DNA of 64,000 nt from Kondoa subrosea (taxonomy: Eukaryota), in NCBI GenBank assembly GCA_039545335.1, contig BCIN01000003.1:930001-994000 (forward strand), given 5' to 3'. The translations under genes were made by a program, and so were the position numbers. Position 1 is the stretch's first letter. Every line of letters starts with the position of its first letter. The notes beneath the pieces were generated by a model. That model did no database searches and had not been told where the DNA came from. It was given only the letters and a program-made list of their open reading frames with translations. Of the stretch, positions 1 through 14,267 are shown one piece after another.

Positions 1-1138
1 TACCATTCTCCTGAAGTCTATGGATTCGAGAGAGACTCGTGGGAAAGTCTGAAGCTGCCTACGGCGGATGGAACTCACATTGGAGTGACTTTCATGCGTG
101 CAACTGCTGCTCGTACTTTCTTCCGCTTAACAAACATTGCCAATGTAGCTGATCCGGTTAATAGCCTCTGCACGACCAGTTTTGCGTGAGTCTGCCTCTT
201 TGACTATAATGCCCTGTCATATTAACCATTTTTTGAAAGTCTACTTCCACGGCAATGCGGGCAATCGCCTGACTCCCAGACGTAGAGAGTTCGCCAAGCA
301 AGCTTTGAATCTAGGTTACGATTTCGTCACAATGGATTACAGAGGCTTTGGGGATTCCGATCGCGCTCTATACCCCAGCGAAAATGGTTTGAATATTGAT
401 GCTAGAACAGTCTATCATTGGTTAATACGTGGTGAGTGTCTTTGGCATTCATACCTTATCAATGAAGCTCAGTGATGAAGCAGAAAAGAAGACAGATGCG
501 AAGAATATAATACTTGCGGGACATTCGCTTGGGACTGGTGTAGCTGCTCACCTAGCATATTCATTAACACAAGAAGGCAACTCTCTTTCATCACATCGTG
601 CATACACGCTCGAAGCTGAACAATCCGCACAGGATCTCCGCCTCGAGCTCTGGTTTTGATAGCACCTTATACTTCAATCGCAAAACTTCTCGAGACATAC
701 CGTCTTTTCAAATTCATTCCAATCTTAGCAGTAAGGCTTTTCTCTTACTCTATCCTCCTTTCCCTTCTCAAGTGTTGGATATAGCCCATACGGAAAATCA
801 ACTACTTGCACAATTTGCTCCTTACCTACCTCAAAACCAAATTCGAAACGCTCTCCATCATCAATCAGATTCATTGTCCTATTCTGTTGGTTCACAGTCA
901 AGATGATTGGGATATCATCGCTTCACACTCTCGTGACTTATTTAATCATCTAGCGGGAGAAGAGAATATTGAATATGAAATAGTGCAAAGTTATGGAAGA
1001 GTGCGAGAGGTGCGGAAAGAAAGCGGGTTGGTAGTTCATCTGGAAGCAGAAAAGGGAGGACATAATCAGGTGATGATCAGCGAATCGGTTGCACTATACA
1101 TCAAGAAAGTAGTAGAGAATGGACAATCAAGTGCATAA
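1..1138 (+). CDS. Alpha/beta hydrolase, ABHD12/BEM46-like (5'-truncated by window, multi-exon)
   Basis: YFHGNAGNR, DYRGFGDS, PSENGL..DA, nucleophile elbow GHSLG, ILLVHSQDDWDI and GGHN catalytic-triad motifs spread over spliced ORFs. Confidence 0.85.
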
Positions 1139-1195
1139 ATATATAGTATAAAGCGAGGGAGCTAATCTATTGTAACATATCTTTAGCTTGACTCA

Positions 1196-2685
1196 TCAAA
1201 GCAGTGTTTCGCCTAATTTTTATCAATCAGCTCAAATCGAAGGCAGCAAGAAGAAGTTACATACCCAGAGCTGAGCGCACTAAGCTTCTACCCACCTCCA
1301 CTGTAGCTCGTACTGCTACAGTATCTTCCAGACTTGGGTTGACTTCCTGCATGATTCAATCAGCTTGTCGCTCTTGTAGTCAGCAATAAGTACTTACCAT
1401 CAGATCTAGTGCAACGAGCAGTCCAGTTTCCGCAATAGCTGTGGGAACACTTTAAATCACGAAAATCGGGCAATCATAATTACCGACCTTCGCAGATATA
1501 CTGTTGCAGCAGATCAATCAGCAAATACTTGTAAAAGAATGACAGACTCACATGACCCTCTCTGAAAGTTAGACCGCCCCGCACAGGAGTACCTGTCAAT
1601 TATCGTCAATCGAATACTTTAGGTCAGCAGAGCAAGACATACCCGTCGATGGTGCAACAGTAGGATCCATTGCGTCCACATCGAAAGAAAGATGTATCGG
1701 TCGATCTCGCTTAGGGTTGACATGATCGAGAGCCATTTCGACAACCTTGCCAATTCCATACTTGTCAACTTCATGCATCGAGAAAGCCTTGATTTCTATG
1801 AAAAGAATGAGCCAGGTTCAATCCATCTCAAATTGTGATGCGTACTGTTCTCTCGCAGAATCTTCTTCTCGCCAGAATCGACGTCTCTCAATCCGATGTA
1901 TACTAAACGATCTTTCTTCAAGATTGGTTTGATCCACGAGTATTCAGGTATCTCAGTTCCCTCTAGCCCAAGAAGAAAAGAGACAGGACAGCCATGCAAA
2001 TTTCCGCTTTCCTGTAAGTGGTCTATCAGCATGTGTTTCAGCACAATTTGAGAAACTCACAGTCGTCAGAGGTGTGTTGATGTCGGCATGAGCATCAATC
2101 CAGATCAGACACGCTTCGGGATATTCAGACATGGTTCCAGAGACAGTCCCCATTGCCTATAGAAGCATTTAGTCACTGCGTCTCAGGAAAGTGATTGAAG
2201 CAAACAAGAGAATGATCTCCACCTAAAGTCAGACATAATTGACCAGCTTTCAGATGTGCGGCATGGATCTTCGCTAGTTCCTTGTTGACATTGGACACCA
2301 ATCTAGGCTTCAAGAGTTTGCCAATAGGTGGATCCTCGACTTGAGACACGTATGCTGGGGCCATAAGAGGAAAACGATCATGTCCTTGGAAGTCGACTGT
2401 CCATCCCAACTCCTACAGGATTACTGCTTGAGAATGTTTACTCCAACATGACAACATGGACTCACTTTGATGTCTGATATGAGTCCAGCTTCCACTAGCT
2501 GCAAAGGACCAGTATCCACGCCTTGCTTGGGTTGTCCGCCTCTGTTGCAGACTGGTGTCAAATGAAGTCGATAAAGAACTCGCGAATCCTGCTTACGAGA
2601 AAGGAGCGGCTACGATTCCTACTTCTCGCTTCTTGAGGAACTTATGAGTGTTAGTAGAGTGCTCTACGTGTCCGTTAGTAGTCAT
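1196..2685 (-). CDS. CAR1: Arginase (multi-exon)
   Basis: [42 protein letters not shown] and STGTPVRGG motifs; C-terminal exon ...GETLL* reconstructed. Confidence 0.95.
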
Positions 2686-2890
2686 TTTGTCTGTTGAGTG
2701 ATGGTTCCAGGTCAAGACTCCTCGAGCCATACTTCTTTCGAGATCAAAGGGGACTTGAAGAGGGGCAACAGTGGCATACATCACGTCAGCTCTTCTTTCT
2801 ACAACACTGCCCGTACACTATTAGCCTGTGCTTCATACTTAAAGCAACCTCGCTTTCGTATCGCGTTTGCGGCATCCCGTGTATTTTTGT

Positions 2891-4866
2891 TCAAAGACCC
2901 TTGAGCACGAAAGTTGGATCATCAGTCTTTGCTTGACCTCCTTCGACAGATATATCATTGGATAGCAGCTGATAACCAATTTCGGGGTTCTTCAGATCCA
3001 GAATCATTTTATCGCCAACTTTCGGTCGAGCTGTAAGGCCAGGAGAGGTGGGATGCCGACGAGGTGTAGGGTCTTGTTTATGAGCTGCTAAGAAGAATTC
3101 GAGGATAGGTTTCCTGATCCAGCGTTTCTTGTGCTTCCATGCTGTCCAATTCGAGCCTTCAAACCAGCCCAAATGACCACCGCTATGATAGACCTATCAG
3201 CTAATGAAATATAACGAAGAAGAGCTCCCGCACTGTCTTGTTGTAGCTAGAGCTAGATTGGGTTTGCTCCTGAAGATATCGTAGGGGATAGAATTGGCCA
3301 GCGTGATACTGTCTGAGTCGCTGTGAGACCAATTGGGACGAAATCAGTCATGAGTATACAGAGAGCACCAATTTCCTCACCTGTGAAAAGCCAACATCGG
3401 AATAGTGACTTGAGGCAATTCATTGGCACTTGACGCATTTAGGTAGTAGTCTTCCACAGATCCATAGCCCGCTAGCCTGGACCAAGTCGCATATCATATA
3501 TCAACAGGTATAGTGGTGATGAGGAGTTGCCTTACCGCGCGGTGACCTCGTTATCGAATTGATATAGGGACTGACGAGGATGACTAAAGATGCAATCCCA
3601 AGGCAAGCGAGGATCATTCTTAAAAATGTGCTCGTATTTCTTGACTATCCTTCGTAGGTTGCCAGCCATAGCTCGAGAATAAACCATTCCCATGAAAGAT
3701 TGCTCTAGACCAATGTGACCAGTCCAGAAGTTCCATCTACGTGAATGCGAGGTCAGTCTTTCGCTCTTCAAATACGCAGGGAAAATAGACTTGCGGATTG
3801 CTTACTGGACAGACAGCTTTTATGGTCGTGCCGTCCCCATCTTGACCGACAAGTCTGTTTAAACAATCAGCCTGACCATGTAAAGAGGTTCAATCACCAT
3901 ACTTTGCTATCACATTAGCACCTAAGCTGAAGCCAACGCCATATAGAGGTGCATCAGCTAGAATAAGTAATACGTTAGGCTGTTAGTGAAACGGCATATG
4001 ATATTGCCTCACGAAGAAGATGTGATAGATATAGGAGTGCTCTTCTTGCATCATCAGTGTATGCTCCGCTGCTCCTATATCAGCGCAAGATGTCATATCA
4101 AGGACCAAACTAACCTATATAATTTCGCACTCGTCAAAAAAGCAGGTTGTCCGCAGCCTCTGAATTGGACCCTGACGAGACATGATTAATTACTTCCCCT
4201 CTTTCAACCACAAATACTCACACCACTGCTCTCCAACCACGCGGTATGAATTCCGAAAGTACTGATCGTACATAAGACTCGTGACTACCCTATAACAAGA
4301 GCATCGGCATGTGTGTGTTCTAGTCTAACCTTGGCTCACTCCTGTTAATCCATGGCAGACGACTAATACAGGACGAGTATCGTGCGGGTTCTCAGTTGAG
4401 AAAGGCGGTGCAAAATCGAGCGAGAGCGTCCCGCCATCGCTTGAGGCAATATCAGACCGGCAAGTGAACTATTGAAGGAGTATCTTACGGCACTCGAAGA
4501 TATTGTCTTTCGTAGAGAATCTCATCCACTCGACTGAAATCTGCAAAGGCAGAGAAGATTGTTGGCAAATGACCGCCAAGGAAGTACTGTAGCAATATGA
4601 GATCCAATAAAGTTCAATGGTATCGCTCAACTAGCCAGAGGTGGACTATAATAGTCTTTAAGCGATGGACATTGGTTTAGCATAGCTCGCAGCGATGCAT
4701 CCACGTTCGGCGCATGAAGTAATGCGACAGGTGATGAAAGACCAAGCGGCGTGAGGACGTAGCGAGCCAAACAAGTCGATAGGGATCTTATTGTCAGGCG
4801 TTTAGGTAGACCAACCAGGACCAGCAGGACTACACCAAAGATGGCGGAAGCGACTGCATTGGCCAT
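2891..4866 (-). CDS. AB hydrolase of the YheT/EHT1/EEB1 (ABHD1-3) family, acyl-ester synthase/esterase (multi-exon)
   Basis: LSLDFAPPF, LHGLTGGSHESY, NSRGC, FSLGAN and GGHLGWFEG motifs read on the minus strand; N-terminal hydrophobic anchor; start codon is tentative. Confidence 0.8.
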
Positions 4867-5062
4867 GCACAGCTGAAAAACCGGATGGCTGCTTCGAGAA
4901 GACCAGGCTCCCGCCAAGACATCGAATATCAAAATGCTCATTTTTCATATGCATGAAAAATGACGTGAACAGAGACTCAAGACGCGCGTTCTGAAGCATG
5001 ATTAGATAATGGGCGAATGCCCGAGCACAGTGGAAGTTTGAATTGAATGCTATACATGCACT

Positions 5063-8000
5063 TCACGACTGTTTCTGCGCTCTGCTAACCATCTCGCTCA
5101 AGCCAATTGGCGAGAACTTGGTGCCTTCTTGCACCCAAACGATATCATCTTGCAGATAAACAGTAATACCAGACTTGCCATCGACATTTGTAGACACTCT
5201 GAACAAAACTTGACCACTTTGTTGATGCGATTTTCCAGTCGGTAAGAAGACAAGATTATTTTCTGCTGCATGTTCTTCAACCAATGAGCGAAACGAGACT
5301 TCTGCTACAGGAGCTTTGACTGTCGGTGTCTTCTTGGCTGGTTTGGATGATTGCACAGCTGGAGTTGTAGAATCTGGCCGTCGAAGCCTGTGGAGAGACG
5401 TGTTAGCGTTATCCATAGAAAACCAGAGGTAGCCTCGCCTGTATTTCGCATCATCGCCCAATGCCATAGCACTGTTCATCAAGTCCAAGCCCTTCATGAA
5501 ACCTCTTGAGACACCTGGCAAGGACGTGATATTTTCATCAAAGTATGATTTCCACCACAGATACCATTCAGTGACTTGCTGATAATTCGGTTCGCTGGTG
5601 AGCCAAAGATAAAGCGCATCGAGCCATTTTGTAAAGAATTCCGTCTCGAGTAGTTGATCCAGTATTGAAGATCGTAACATTGAAGACCAGGCAGTAACTC
5701 TTTCCAGCTGGTCCAATTTCTGATCCCTCGGATTGATCTGAAACTTTTCTCGAAGTGTTGAACCAAGTTGCGGTACGACATAGCGAAGCATGAGGTCATC
5801 CCATTCTGAAGCTGTATAGACCTATATGTCAGCGAACAAGCGTAAATTAGATCAGCCGGGTTTAAAGCAGGTATATGATGCTCACATCTCGCCAGATTGA
5901 TAAATCCGAAGGCACTCCATCTCTAGGTCGCCAGCTCTTGAGCCAAGTCTTGATTTTCCGTTTGGCTTCATCGAGCATCTCTTCCATCCTAACACCAGCA
6001 AGCTCGATCCAAGGAAGGACGAGAGTGTGTAGAGCTGTATTAGATTTAGGTGTCCAATCCGAGACAGCTTTCGATATTTTCGGTAGTATAAGTTGGTCGA
6101 GTACATTATCGTGCAGGAAACGAGGTAGAATGGAGGTCCAAGCGGAAAAGAAGGCAATCGCTGGCGAAGGATCGGAAGGAGACCATACATTACTGAAGAC
6201 ACGAAAAGAGAAATTGAGTTTCAATACAAAGAAAAGCACTCAGATAACTCACTTTATGGCACTGCGCACTCGCGGAAGCCAATGCGTCCATAGAAGCGAT
6301 TCGTAAGGCGTCATATGGGAAGCAGTCGTTCTGTAATACCAAGATCAGCAATGCCACATTTGCCTGAAAGAATACTCACATCCGCGACGAGGAAGAACCA
6401 GCTTGACCAGAGCCGTATATATCAAGTTGCGTGCTACTAGATGCAGGTTGGACTTTCGCTATCCTGAATGCCTTGCGCCATTTCTTGAGCTGTTTCGTCC
6501 CTAGATCGGGTTCTTCTAGAGGATTCCAATCTGACCATGTAGATCGAAGCTGTTAAACCGGAATCATCTTCTAAGCGAGCAGACCGCGCTGAAGATTGTC
6601 GGACTTACTATCGGCGCTATTGCTGCCACAACAGCTTCATCTAGATTATAGCTCTCATACTCGTCCGGAAATTCGTCTACAAGCCTTCCAATGTTATCTT
6701 CGAGGGAACTGAAAGCATTGACTAATGAACAAGATTGAATAGTCGAAGAAGTGCTAGATAATTCAGTGACAATGGCTGTAATCTGTTCCAGCCTGGAGAT
6801 TCTCGAGGAATCTTGCGAGACTTGATTTGTAGCTTTCTTGGCTTGATTATCAATCCATTTACGTTTCTCTTGAACTGCCTTGCCTTCTTTACCTAGAGAA
6901 ACAAGCTCGCCTTGGGTTGTGTCGAATATCAATTTGATGTTGTGCCTTATTTCTGGCAGACGAGTGGTATCACTGCTAGGTACTGGTATATTAAGCGATA
7001 GAGAAGAGGCCAAAGAGGGGAGCTAAAAGCACAAATTAGCGGGAAACTTTCTGTTGAGCGTAACGACTGACAGCTGCTCCACTGAGATCGATGAGCTGAC
7101 CAAGTCCAGAATCAACAGCGTTGACTTCGCCAGCATCCTGCAGAATCTCTTCATAAGTCTTATGTTCGATTTTGCTCTTCTTTCTTGACATGGCAGGTTT
7201 TTTCCAAGCTTCCTCCCGCTCAGCTTTTTGACTCCCCTGCAATAGATCTTGGCCAAATCCAGCAGTTTTGCCTTTCCTGCTTTTCCTATTTGATTGATTT
7301 TCTTCCTCTTCATCAGGTATGACTTCACCTCTTCTTCTAGCTTCAGCTTTAGCTTGTTTCGTTCTTTCACTGAAACCACCGGAACCAATACCAGCATTCT
7401 TTGGTCTCAATTGACTATCCACAGGCGTTACTCGACCTTCACCTTCTTTACCTAAACCCGTTCCGCTTGCCCAACCCATTTTAGCAAGCAATTTGTATCC
7501 CACACCACCTTGTTGTTCGAGCTTGCTGAAATGTTTTGATTCTTCCGACGAGAGGTTAACTTTGGGTATTGAAGTTTTCGGAGCAGGTTGAGAGAGGAAA
7601 GAACGAGTTGGTCTATTTTGACCAAAAGCAGTAGGTAGTGAAGAAGGTGGCGGAGGGAAGGATGTAGATACAGCAGGACGAGAACCAATTCCACCTCGAG
7701 ATGAACCGATTCCAGCTTGAGAGCCTATTCCACCTTTTGCGCCTATTCCGGCTTGAGGTGCGAAAGATATGGGTTCTTCTCCTTCTGCTATTGCCGCGGA
7801 AGGTAATGTAGGCTCGTCGTCTTCTTCGTCCATATCTGAGCCAGAACCGGAGTCTGAACCTTCCGACTCTTGTAACGGTATTTCAGCATCTTGACCATTT
7901 ATTGCTGTGGCTAAGTTATCTATCTCATCGTCGTACGCTGTGTTGTTCAAGGCAGAAGTAGCTGAAGGAACGAATTTTGGAGTTTTGGTGAGATTGGATC

Positions 8001-8250
8001 TCGCTTGCTTTCCAGCTCTAGGTCTTTGCTCTTCCTGATCTTCGTCATCTGAGTCACCAGCAAACATGTCTTTCCTTCGCCTCTTCTGACCATTCTTACG
8101 AGATCCATAAGGTTGTGCATTCAAAGCGAACTCTGCTGCCTCATCTCCTGATAACTGAAGCCCTGCTTCAGCTGCACTATCGCCTGATCCATCCGAATCG
8201 GAGATGTCGTCGTCCAGCAAGCGATTCTTTCCAGTTCCTCTTCGACCCAT
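5063..8250 (-). CDS. TFIP11: G-patch spliceosome disassembly factor TFIP11/Spp382(Ntr1)/Cwf28-like with GCFC domain
   Basis: G-patch GYKLLAKMGWASGTGLGKEGEG, LPEIRHNI, Trp-rich GCFC region (FFTKWLDALYLWL..PNYQQVTEWYLWWK). Confidence 0.9.
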
Positions 8251-8495
8251 CGTCGTTCAATGAAAACAAAGGTGCAGCTTATTCCAGGACGAGCAACTGC
8301 CTACATTCTGTTCTGTGGCCAAGTCTCGGTCTGCGTACTCCCCAAGATACCCTTGCACTCTGCTTTTGCTGCCCTCAGATCCCGCTGCCTCTGACTTCAC
8401 GACACACTTCATAAATCGCATTTCTCTACATCATTACACTTGCATCTTTGTCTCTCGTTTCGCTTCAGTACTAGACATACCTATAGTATCCACGC

Positions 8496-9795
8496 ATGGC
8501 TCAAGTCAAAGTGAGCTTTGCTATCAATCAGCTCCCGAGTTAAGTAAGTTGACTTCGAATGTTCCGGACAGTCTACACCATTGGTTTGCGGTGGTCATAC
8601 AAGGTAGGGTTCTCCCTCTTCAGCTCTAGTATCTTCTTCTGAAGATGAGGGAGATAGACCTATTCCTCAGATCGCTTTCAGCGCTCTTCAAGCCCAACCA
8701 GGTTTCCTGCTCATTTCATCTTGCAAAGGTACATTTTATCTTCTGCATCGCGCGCATCAATGCTCAGGTATCTATAACAGATGGTAAAGCTATGCTTCGG
8801 GACGGAATGACTGGAGATTGGCTTGGTACTTTTCTCGGCCATAAAGGAGCTGTCTGGTCCGGGAAACTTAACGCAGACGGGAGTAAAGCTGTTACTGGCT
8901 CTGCGGATTTCACAGCGTTCGTGTGGTGCTTTTCAATCAGCACATAGCTGATTCAAAGATTTCAACCGAACAGCAAAGTCTGGGACACATTTACTGGCCA
9001 ATGCTCTCTGACTTTGGCACATAACCATATCGTTCGATCAGTCGATATCTCACCGAGCGGATCGCACGTTGTTACTGGTGGTCAGGAGAAGAAGATCCGG
9101 TTGTTCGATCTGCAGAGACCTGATGAACCACTCTATTTCGTCAACGTTGCTCTGGGATCCGATCAAGCGCATAAGGAGAATATCAAGAGCGTCGTATATG
9201 ATGATGAACATCAGCAGATTGTTTCAATTGATGAACATTCGGTAGTGTGAGTCCACCCCATTGTATCCGTAAAGCGCGAGCAGAGCTTACTCACACGTAG
9301 TTTCTGGGACACTCGAACGCAACAACCCACTTCAAGTCAATCTTTTACCGATACAATCACTTCCATGGATCGCTCGCCATCCTCCTCGATCCTGTCTCTT
9401 ACATCGGGCAAAACCGTTTCCTTCTTCCATCCTTCCTCGGCTCAACCTTTCCTGACCCACACATTATCTTACACACCTTCTTGCGCTTCCTTACATCCGA
9501 CAAATCCAACCAAATTCGTCACTGGCAGTACACCAGATGGATGGATCCGAGTTCATTCAGCTCAAACGGGTCAAGAGAAAGAATTGTATAAAGGTCATCA
9601 TGGACCTGTTCATTCAATTTCTTATTCGCCAGATGGAGAATTGTATGCCAGTGGAAGCGAAGATGGAACAATTCGATTATGGCAGGATGAGCCCAAAACC
9701 TATGGGTAAGATTGCCATTAAGCTCTGTTCTTTCAAATCAGCTGATTCAATTGTACAGTTTGTGGAGGTATGATGCTGGGCAGGACGACCAGTAG
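8496..9795 (+). CDS. STRAP: WD40 protein, STRAP/UNRIP family
   Basis: [81 protein letters not shown]. Confidence 0.92.
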
Positions 9796-9963
9796 CACTC
9801 AGAGCAGAGATCTGAAGAGTGATGAGCCGCGGGTCGGCTGATGAAGAAGAGGGGATGATGTAGAGGCGGCAGTAACAGTAGAAGGGGGTATCGAAATGCA
9901 ACGAATTACAACGACTGTATGTCAGCATGATTCTACAATTGTTCACAAGCGGTTCCCATTTGT

Positions 9964-11834
9964 TCAAGCTCGATCTGAGAGTTCAACTTCGTCATTCTTT
10001 TCCTGCTCTTGCATTGGTCGATCGTCATCAACGGATAGTCTCGCATATTCTAGAGTTGAATCTTCTGTGGATTGACGCTTGAACATTGAGCTCCAACTCA
10101 AAGGTGTATCTTGACGTTTTGCATTTTGGCCGGAATTGGCATAGAGCGCGAGCAGCATATTGACCCAAAGGAAAAGGGCGAAGGTTGCGCTCAGTATAAG
10201 CAAAGCATAAGTAACGTGATCCATATTGATTTCCATAATCCATCTGAGCTGTTCTTGCGTTGCGCTTTGAAAAGTCATCCTGTCGACGGTCAATGAGCAC
10301 TGTGGTCTCGCCTTATCGGTTTGTACTCACCCCGCAAACATAAGCACCAGGGGCGAAAGATATTGGAAAGAAGAAGGCGACTGAACAGCATGACTGTCTT
10401 TGAGTAAAAAGCTAATTTCCACTATTCGCACAACTGCGAAAAGCGCCAAAGTCATGCCGAAGATTTTGTGAACCATCTGACAAAGAGATTGAGCGAGAAT
10501 GCTGCCGATCGCAAGTAGACTTACCGTAGCTAACATATCACTTTGTGCATGGGATCCCATCGCGAGACCCGTTGCACCCATGACTAATGCGGGAATGACT
10601 GAACTCTACCTGAGCTTCAAACATTCAGCGTTGTAGGATCACTTACCGTTTCTTTGGCTGTTTCTTCCCATCCAGATTCCGGCAGCGCCAGAAATCCACC
10701 AGAAGACACCCTACAAATCAAGCATCAGCCGATCACGACGCTACATGGAAGTTGCCAAGTCAACCATCGTCGTATGCTGCATGTCTGCATAGTTGCATCA
10801 ATGTATTGGTCACATAAACAATGCAACGTCGCCCACCTTTGTGCGACCAATGCGATTCTGAGCCAAAGAAGTTGTGCATCGTAAAGGTATTGATCTGTGA
10901 AGCTGTTATAAGGCTCGAATGCGACGAAAGTGGTCATAGACCGACAATGCCCCAGCACATGATCATCCAGCTATCCAAATATTCCTGACTGGTCTTTCGC
11001 TTCGCCAGCCAAGGTTGGCCGTATCTTATCATAATGAGAAGACAGATGCCATAAGCTTGAAAGGCGCTACCCATAATGAAGCTGAAAGAAGTGAGTTCCG
11101 AGTGATAACTGGTTGCTGTATAGCTTACTGAGCAAGACATTGGCCCAGGTAGTCATCTGGAGGTGGATCATTGAAGCCTATAGACGCCGAGTCTCATAAA
11201 CAGGACGACAGGAAAAGTTATTGCTTCAAACATACAGACTAAATATCATTGTCAGCTCCAGCCGAACAGTAGACGAAGGCAGCTTACATCCGAGAGCTGT
11301 TATAGCTCCGAGCACAATCTGTATCCAGCTCAATACAGGAAAGATCTTGCCCATGAGACTGTGCGCCGAGCGCACAATCTTTCGTGCTCGCGAACCTTCC
11401 ATTACATGAAGTTTGAGAAAGATGCCGCATCCGACTTGCGCAATCAGATAAAAGAAGAGGAAGTACGCCAGACTACCATGAGCCGTGTGATAGAAGGTTC
11501 GTCCTCCATGGTGATGCTTTCAGAAGATCATCACGTGAGAAAAGCAGACATCGATCTACGTGAAACATACAGCGAATTGTATGGCCACTATCGATAATAA
11601 GATCCCAAGCGTTTGCACCGGAACATGAAAACGAGATTTCGTCAATCCAAGCACAGCTCCAGCAGGCAAGATGATGCCCCAAGTGAAGAGCTGCATTCCC
11701 ATATGTATCTTGAGCAGTATATCTATCGGTACGCCGTAATCTGGCGGTTCCATGAATTCGTGCCCTTCATGAGCATGCACCGAGAGGATTAAGATCGATA
11801 GCAGAGCGAGCCTCTGCGACAGAGAGCTTCTCAT
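9964..11834 (-). CDS. YTP1: YTP1-family polytopic membrane protein (DUF2427)
   Basis: Signal peptide followed by HEGH, IHMGMQLFTWGIILPAGAVLGLTKSRFHVPVQ, FIMGSAF, SQEYLDS, MGSHAQ, FQSATQEQ and MDHVTY motifs. Confidence 0.8.
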
Positions 11835-12332
11835 TATTGATTTATGCCAGTCAGTCGCGTATTGGCGGTGTTTGGGCAAGAGTCAGCGATCAGAGAGATG
11901 AGGGCTCGTCTCGAGTCGGCCAAGAACATCTTAAAGACTCTCTGTATGATGTCCCGCGCTTGGAATATGACCCAGCGCTCGCAGCCTGTCGCGTATACCA
12001 TGCTCATGTCCAGACATTGCAAGCTGAATGACATTTCTCGCATTTTTATGAATCGCCTACTTTCGCGTCCATAGCTGGACTCTACAGCCTGCCTATGCTG
12101 TCTTTTGATTTCTGGAGACGCTCTCTTCACACTACAATGCGCTGTTCAGCCAGGCACCAACTGTCGCCTCCGACTTAGTCTTTGCACTTTCCACTTTGAG
12201 TAATTCATTTACAGCCAGTCGCGATATTAAGCGGGCCACTCTCTTTCTTGTGACTCCCTTCTCTCTTCTTCCCGTACCATCATCGACTTTTTTCAAGCAA
12301 ATCATCGTCAAGTCAAGCACAAACAGAGCAGA

Positions 12333-14267
12333 ATGGAATCACTCGTGCCATCACCATTGGCTCAGATCTGCAATCTACAACTCCATCCTTTCCGCTACAA
12401 CTGCATCCGCGATTTCGCCTACGTTGCTCCTGCAGTCGTTGAACCAGCCAAAATGAACAACGCTGGTTTGGTCTACTTGTTGGTCATGAGCATCTTTGGT
12501 TGCTTGATCATGTACAATGCGGTGTTGGCTGGGCTCGAGGAATGGAATGCTATGGATTTCCAGAAGGAATATGTTCAACCTGTTTACGACTTCATTGTGA
12601 GTTTTACATTCCTTACTAATTGAGGAATGCAGTACTGATGCGAACTCATGTAGAATTTCCTTGTCGCCTATGAGAAATCTGAAGCCATGTTTGAATCAGA
12701 AGTCATTGAAGAGGAAGAGGAAGTCACTATCGTAGAGGGATTGGTCATTGCAGAAATCATTGCTGTAGCCTCACCCTGCTCAATCGGCACGGAAAGCTCT
12801 TCACCTGCCTCTCCTTCTTCTCCATCAAAGTCGAATTCAAGCGAAGACGATGCATCATCTTCGGACCCTATGGATTTGGATGAACCAGAAGAGGATAAGG
12901 ACGTCTTCTTTAATCCAATCAGTCTTCCGCCTTTACAAGAGATCAAAGAACTCAAGTCTCAAGTGGTTCGTTTCGAACAGCAACTGGAATTGGCTGCTTT
13001 CGTTGCTACTCAAAAGGTCGACAAAGCAGAACTTCAACAAACTGTCAGAGATTTCGCTCTATACCGCAAAGTCAAGCACAATGTTTCACAGAAGCTCTTC
13101 ACTGCTCAAGCTGAGATCGAAGTAAAGCAACTTCGCATTACTGAATTGGTCGCTCGGTCAGAAACTGCTCAGTCTCAAATCTCGAACCTCACAGCCGAAC
13201 TAGCTAACAAATTCACCGAAATCGAACAACAACAAGCTACAATCTCTTCTCAAACATCTGCTCTGGCCACCAATGAGGTCAAGCTTGCGGAACAGGAAGC
13301 TTTTCTTTCAAGCAAAGACGCTGAGATTACTCAACTCAAAGCCTCACTCGCTTCTTCCAAGTCCGCTCAAGCCAAAGCTAGTGTCGAAGCGAAGAAGGCC
13401 ATTCAACAACTTCAACTGCAACTAGTCAAAGCTGAAGAAGCGAATAAGGCGCAAAAGGTAGCTATAAGCGCTAAAGATAAGGAAATGGTTGATCTAAAGG
13501 AGGACATCAAGAGTTTGGAAAAGGATAACGAAGCTTACTTGAAAGCTATCGGCATGTTCACTTCCATCTACAAACCTGCTGTGAGTCAAATTACTTCCCT
13601 TTGTTTTGAGACTTCTTATTGATGAGCTCGATTCTAGATTATGCCTGTTGATGTGGTCAATCACTTTTTCGGCGACAAAGCTGAAGCTCTTCTTAAACCC
13701 TCTTTGACCAATGCAACTGAACTGGAAGCAGCAGTCAAGAGCATCAACAAGCAATTCCTCAGAGTCAAGCAGGCTACTCACCCAGACAAATTCCCTAAGT
13801 CAATCAAGGAACACATGGATAGCCTCAGCTACCTCACCGAAGCAGCTCAAAATGTCATTATTGCTGATCTCAACTTGCGAATCAAAACTATCCAAGCTGG
13901 CCCAGGACTTCAAAGAGCAATCTTAAAATGCTACACTGTTGATCCCGACACCAATCTCTATGCTGGATACAAAACATTGCAAGAAGCTTTCTTCAATGCA
14001 AGAACTTATTATGCAAACAAAGGCAATGGTAGCGGATTGACTGAATGGACTTCAGCTCATCGCAACTTTTTGGCTCGCTTGCGCGAACAGAATTTCAATT
14101 CACCTGCTCATACTCAAGCTTTCGAAGCTCTGCATCCTTGCTATGGCTGGACTCCTTCTGTTACAGAAATGGAACAAATTGTTCAACAGAATGAGTTCAC
14201 CTTTGAAGGGTATGAAGAAGTCGAAATCGATGAGCGATGCAAAGAAGATCGTCGAGAAGATGCTTGA
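12333..14267 (+). CDS. Orphan ~606-aa protein: N-terminal TM helix, acidic/Ser-rich linker, long coiled coil, C-terminal J-domain-like (HPD) region; copy A
   Basis: Exons 12333-12596, 12654-13580 and 13638-14267 join in frame through two canonical GTGAGT..TAG introns; LVYLLVMSIFGCLIMYNAVLAGL hydrophobic helix; heptad-rich Q/E/K/A region; KSINKQFLRVKQATHPDKF; identical exon structure in copy B. Confidence 0.8.
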
